Of a stretch of DNA of 64,000 bases, positions 60,236 to 64,000 are shown piece by piece. The stretch is from Octopus sinensis (lineage: Eukaryota), in assembly GCF_006345805.1 (NCBI RefSeq), contig NC_043020.1, positions 12,648,001 to 12,712,000 on the forward strand, read 5' to 3'. The notes beneath the pieces were generated by a model. That model saw only the letters and a list, made by a program, of their open reading frames with translations. It searched no databases and was not told where the DNA came from. The position numbers were made by a program, and so were the translations under genes. Every line of letters begins with the position of its first letter. Positions within the stretch are counted from its first letter, which is position 1.

Positions 60236-61601
60236 CAATTCTTTGTCTTGGATACAGTTCTTTAAACCAAAGGAGGATGGTGGTGGCTGGATTGTCATTC
60301 ACTCTAGGTCTGCTGAATCACAGCTTATCTGATGCTAAACAACCATACAGACGGCAACCTGTCCAGAGGGTGGGTGTGAGTGGAATTACTGAGACCACCT
60401 AATTGTCAGAATTTATTTTGGGCACCATATCCTTCCTGTTCAACTTACCATTCTTGTTGACCTCACTTCCTTGGTTTTTCACCCCCACCCTTATTTGCGT
60501 ATTCAACTGTCTCCCCCGCTACTTCAAATCCCCATTACCATCATCACTTTCTATTTCTTTGTTTTCTCACGAAGCAGAAGTTATGAAACATTATATTCTA
60601 CACTCCACCCAGCCAAACAGACTGAACCACATTTTTACCAATGCAGACCATTACAAGTTTCTCCGAAATTCAAGAAACCCTTTTATTTATCTTTATATAT
60701 AAAAGTCAAGTTGTGTGTCTGTCTCCTCCGATTTAGATTCCTAACTACTCCCACATTTTGCGGTGCAGTTTAACCAAAAGCGGGTATCTTATAGTCGTGA
60801 TTCATATCGAGCCCTTCTGGGTATTAGCGCGCGTCTACGATGAGTCAACGATTTGAAAAAAAATTTACCATCGTTTTTTTCCCATTTTTAATGCATTTTT
60901 TTGTCCATAACTCTCTAAAAATGCTTCTATAGTTATTTCCCTTACAAATCTGAGCAACGCCGGGCGATACTGCTAGTTTATATATATTTTTAAAAAAACT
61001 GGGATCTCTTCCTTTTGAACGGCAGTTTTCAACACAATTTCTAGTTAACTAAACACATTTAAACTTCGTATACTGGTAGAATGTGTCAAAATAAAACATT
61101 TTTTCTCTTTGCTTTCTTGAGAAAATTGTAATTTGTAAGTATACGAAGTTTAAAAGTGTTTAGTTAACTAGAAATTGTGTTGAAAACTGCCGTTTAAAAG
61201 GAAAAAAAATCCAAAACCTGTTTTTAAAAACTCTTAAATTCCCACCATCGCTACCATTTATAAAATTTTTAAACGATTATTTGAATTTTGTTTATTTCGT
61301 TTTATTATTTCCCATTAAAAAAATATGGGAATTGTAAAGTGTAAAGTTTTATTTTTCAAATTATCTATATTGTTTGCTTACAATAACTTTTCACTTTCAG
61401 TTTGTGACTGTAAACTGAAAGAATGGCTTTAAATGCATATAGATAAACAGATCAATATAGTTGATATAGTATCAGAACGCCCGTCAAAAGACGGGACGGT
61501 CACGGCTGGAACGCATTTGAGTACAAATTTACATTACCAGGTCCAACAAATTAAAGACGAAATCAATTGCTCTACGTCAAGACCTGGTTTCCTTTGTTCT
61601 G

Positions 61602-61624
61602 ATTGGTTGATATATTCAGCCAAT
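61602..61624. promoter_or_regulatory. Inverted pair of CCAAT boxes (putative NF-Y promoter)
   Basis: tgATTGGttga-tatat-tcagCCAATca in unique sequence about 190 bp upstream of a candidate first exon. Confidence 0.4.
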
Positions 61625-61812
61625 CAACTGTCAGCCGCTAATTTTCAATTTAAAGATTTTAAAAAACAAAAACAAAACACTAGAATTTGTCTCGGGATTC
61701 TCTGGCATTTATTTTAATTACAGCAGCTTTGGGATTGTAATTAGTTCTCTGCTGTTAATTGTTTTAATTGCTTGGTTGTTGTATCTCCTTCGTTCTAATG
61801 AAAACTCCTAAA

Positions 61813-61835
61813 ATGACGTCGAAAGAAAACGACAG
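61813..61835 (+). CDS. Candidate first coding exon of an unidentified gene (MTSKEND..., phase 2)
   Basis: aaaATG ACG TCG AAA GAA AAC GAC AG|GTATGT, a strong donor downstream of the CCAAT pair. No downstream exon found. Confidence 0.35.
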
Positions 61836-61859
61836 GTATGTATATTTCGGGTATATAAT

Positions 61860-63000
61860 TATGCATGTGTGTATATATTTCCATAGAAGTAACCCATTCA
61901 CTCCATACAAAGTTATTTAGGACGAATATAAGTTATAAAATATCTCCAAGTAGCAGAAAGATCGCCCAAAAGTGTATATAGATATATAAATGTATTTATA
62001 TATTCATCTATACACACATGTATGTATAATGTGTGTGTATATATTGTGTGTGTGTATATTTCCATAGAGGTAACCATTCACTCTATACAAAGTTATTTAG
62101 GACGAATATAAGTTATAAAGTTGTCTCTAAGTAGCAGAAAGATCGCTCAAAAGTGTATATAGATATTTAAATGTATTTATATATTCATCTATACACACAT
62201 GTATGTATAATGTGTGTGTATATATTGTGTGTGTGTATATTTCCATAGAGGTAACCATTCACTCTATACAAAGTTATTTAGGACGAATATAAGTTATAAA
62301 GTTGTCTCTAAGTAGCAGAAAGATCGCTCAAAAGTGTATATAGATATTTAAATGTATTTATATATTCATCTATACACACATGTATGTATAATGTGTGTGT
62401 ATATATTGTGTGTGTGTATATTTCCATAGAGGTAACCATTCACTCTATACAAAGTTATTTAGGACGAATATAAGTTATAAAGTTGTCTCTAAGTAGCAGA
62501 AAGATTGCTCAAAAGTGTATATAGATATTTAAATGTATTTATATATTCATCTATACACACATGTATGTATAATGTGTGTATATATATATTTCCATAGAGG
62601 TAACCATTCACTCCATACAAAGTTATTTAGGACGAAAATAAGATCGCCCAAAAGTGTATATAGATATTTAAATGTATTTATATATTCATCTATACACACA
62701 TGTATGTATAATGTGTGTATATATATATTTCCATAGAGGTAACCATTCACTCCATACAAAGTTATTTAGGACGAAAATAAGATCGCCCAAAAGTGTATAT
62801 AGATATTTAAATGTATTTATATATTCATCTATACACACATGTATGTATAATGTGTGTATATATATATTTCCATAGAGATAACCATTCACTCCATACAAAG
62901 TTATTTAGGACGAAAATAAGATCGCCCAAAAGTGTATATAGATATTTAAATGTATTTATATATTCATCTATACAGACATGTATGTATAATGTGTAGATAT
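61860..63000. repeat. Tandem array of 7 units (about 181 bp x3, 168, then 139 bp)
   Basis: ttccataga at about 61880, 62060, 62241, 62422, 62590, 62729 and 62868. Confidence 0.9.
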
Positions 63001-63236
63001 ATATATATATATTTATATGCCGCCATCACAGTTATTAATCAAGGTTCCAGACTTCATTGCTTCTTTCATTAATAGATATTTGTTGTCCGTGTGCTGGAAT
63101 TAACGTTTAACGGTTTAAATGACGAATGGAAGAAAATGTCTTTTAATAAACTCTACATATATGATGCGTGTATGGCTGCATTAAAACTTCGAAATATTCT
63201 ACGCACGTTTGTGTTTGTGTGTGCGTATATGCAGAA

Positions 63237-63273
<37 letters not shown>

Positions 63274-64000
63274 GTGCGTGCGTGTGCAGAATGTGTGTGT
63301 GCACATATATATATATATGTGTGTGTGCAGAATGTATGTGTGTGTGTGCAGAATGTGTGTGTGTGTGTGTGCAGAATGTATGTGTGTATATATGTGCGTG
63401 TGTGTATATATATATATGTGTGTGTGTATATGTATATATATGTGTGTGTGTATGTGTAGAATAAATAAATATTTATAGGCGTTGTTCTTTGCGAAGCATA
63501 TAACCGATCATATCTTTTTTATATTCTTCGACATGTTTTTTTTCAAACTGTTTTTTCCCCAATTTATGTCTTTTCATTTCAACATAAGGAAGATTACGAT
63601 TCTTTTTTTTTTTTTTTCCATGGACAATTCCTTCGACATAGCTCGACAAGGTCGAGACCATTTCACTTCGGGTGTTTCCGTGGGTTGTGGTGGAATATAG
63701 CTATAACGAAATTATGCCAGCAAATTTCTCGTTGTAAGCTTGAAGAAAGAAAAAAAAAAAAAGCCTTGCATATTTTTTATTTGGGCGATCTTTCGTCTCT
63801 AGTAGACCTTTCCGTCGATTTCCGTAAAAAAAATTTTTTTGACGAAAGATTGCCTTTATTCGTTCTTACCTGTTTTATGGGTGTATGTAAAATACCGAAA
63901 AATGTCCAAGCAGAAAACAGAAGAATCGAACTGTCATTTTGCTTTCCTTCCACGGAAATACCCGAAACGAAGTGTTTTGATTTATATCGAAAGAATGCCT

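Noticed and set aside
63473-63700. Short overlapping ORFs on both strands
   Set aside because: They depend on a poly-T/A run; no splice context or recognisable motif.

Overview
This is AT-rich, repeat-saturated animal genomic DNA. The SINE families and microsatellite load look like octopus (coleoid cephalopod); that taxon call is from recall, not a search. Almost all ORF-track entries are artefacts of SINEs and microsatellites. Manual splice reconstruction gives two head-to-head genes about 10 kb apart. (1) On the minus strand are the first six coding exons (11711-575) of a GSAP/pigeon (gamma-secretase activating protein) homologue, which continues off the left edge. (2) On the plus strand is a complete six-exon, 304-aa gene with six ankyrin repeats and a SOCS box, ASB13-like (21840-48560). 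It has a degenerate intronic tRNA-Phe(GAA) and a tandem, frameshifted second copy of exon 4 that may be an assembly error. A possible first exon of a third gene with a CCAAT pair lies at about 61.6-61.8 kb. The rest is four SINE families, CR1 and RTE LINE 3' fragments, several MITE and foldback families, Helitron-like non-autonomous elements and many tandem arrays. The most interesting signals are: minimal hammerhead-ribozyme motifs of the Penelope-associated, dimer-dependent type (55.1 kb, 59.1 kb, a degenerate one at 26.2 kb); tail-to-tail inverted SINE pairs that enclose ASB exon 3 and exon 4 each in a loop of about 300 nt; and tandem arrays built from LINE 3' ends or SINE pieces. Repeat boundaries are approximate and family letters are my own labels.
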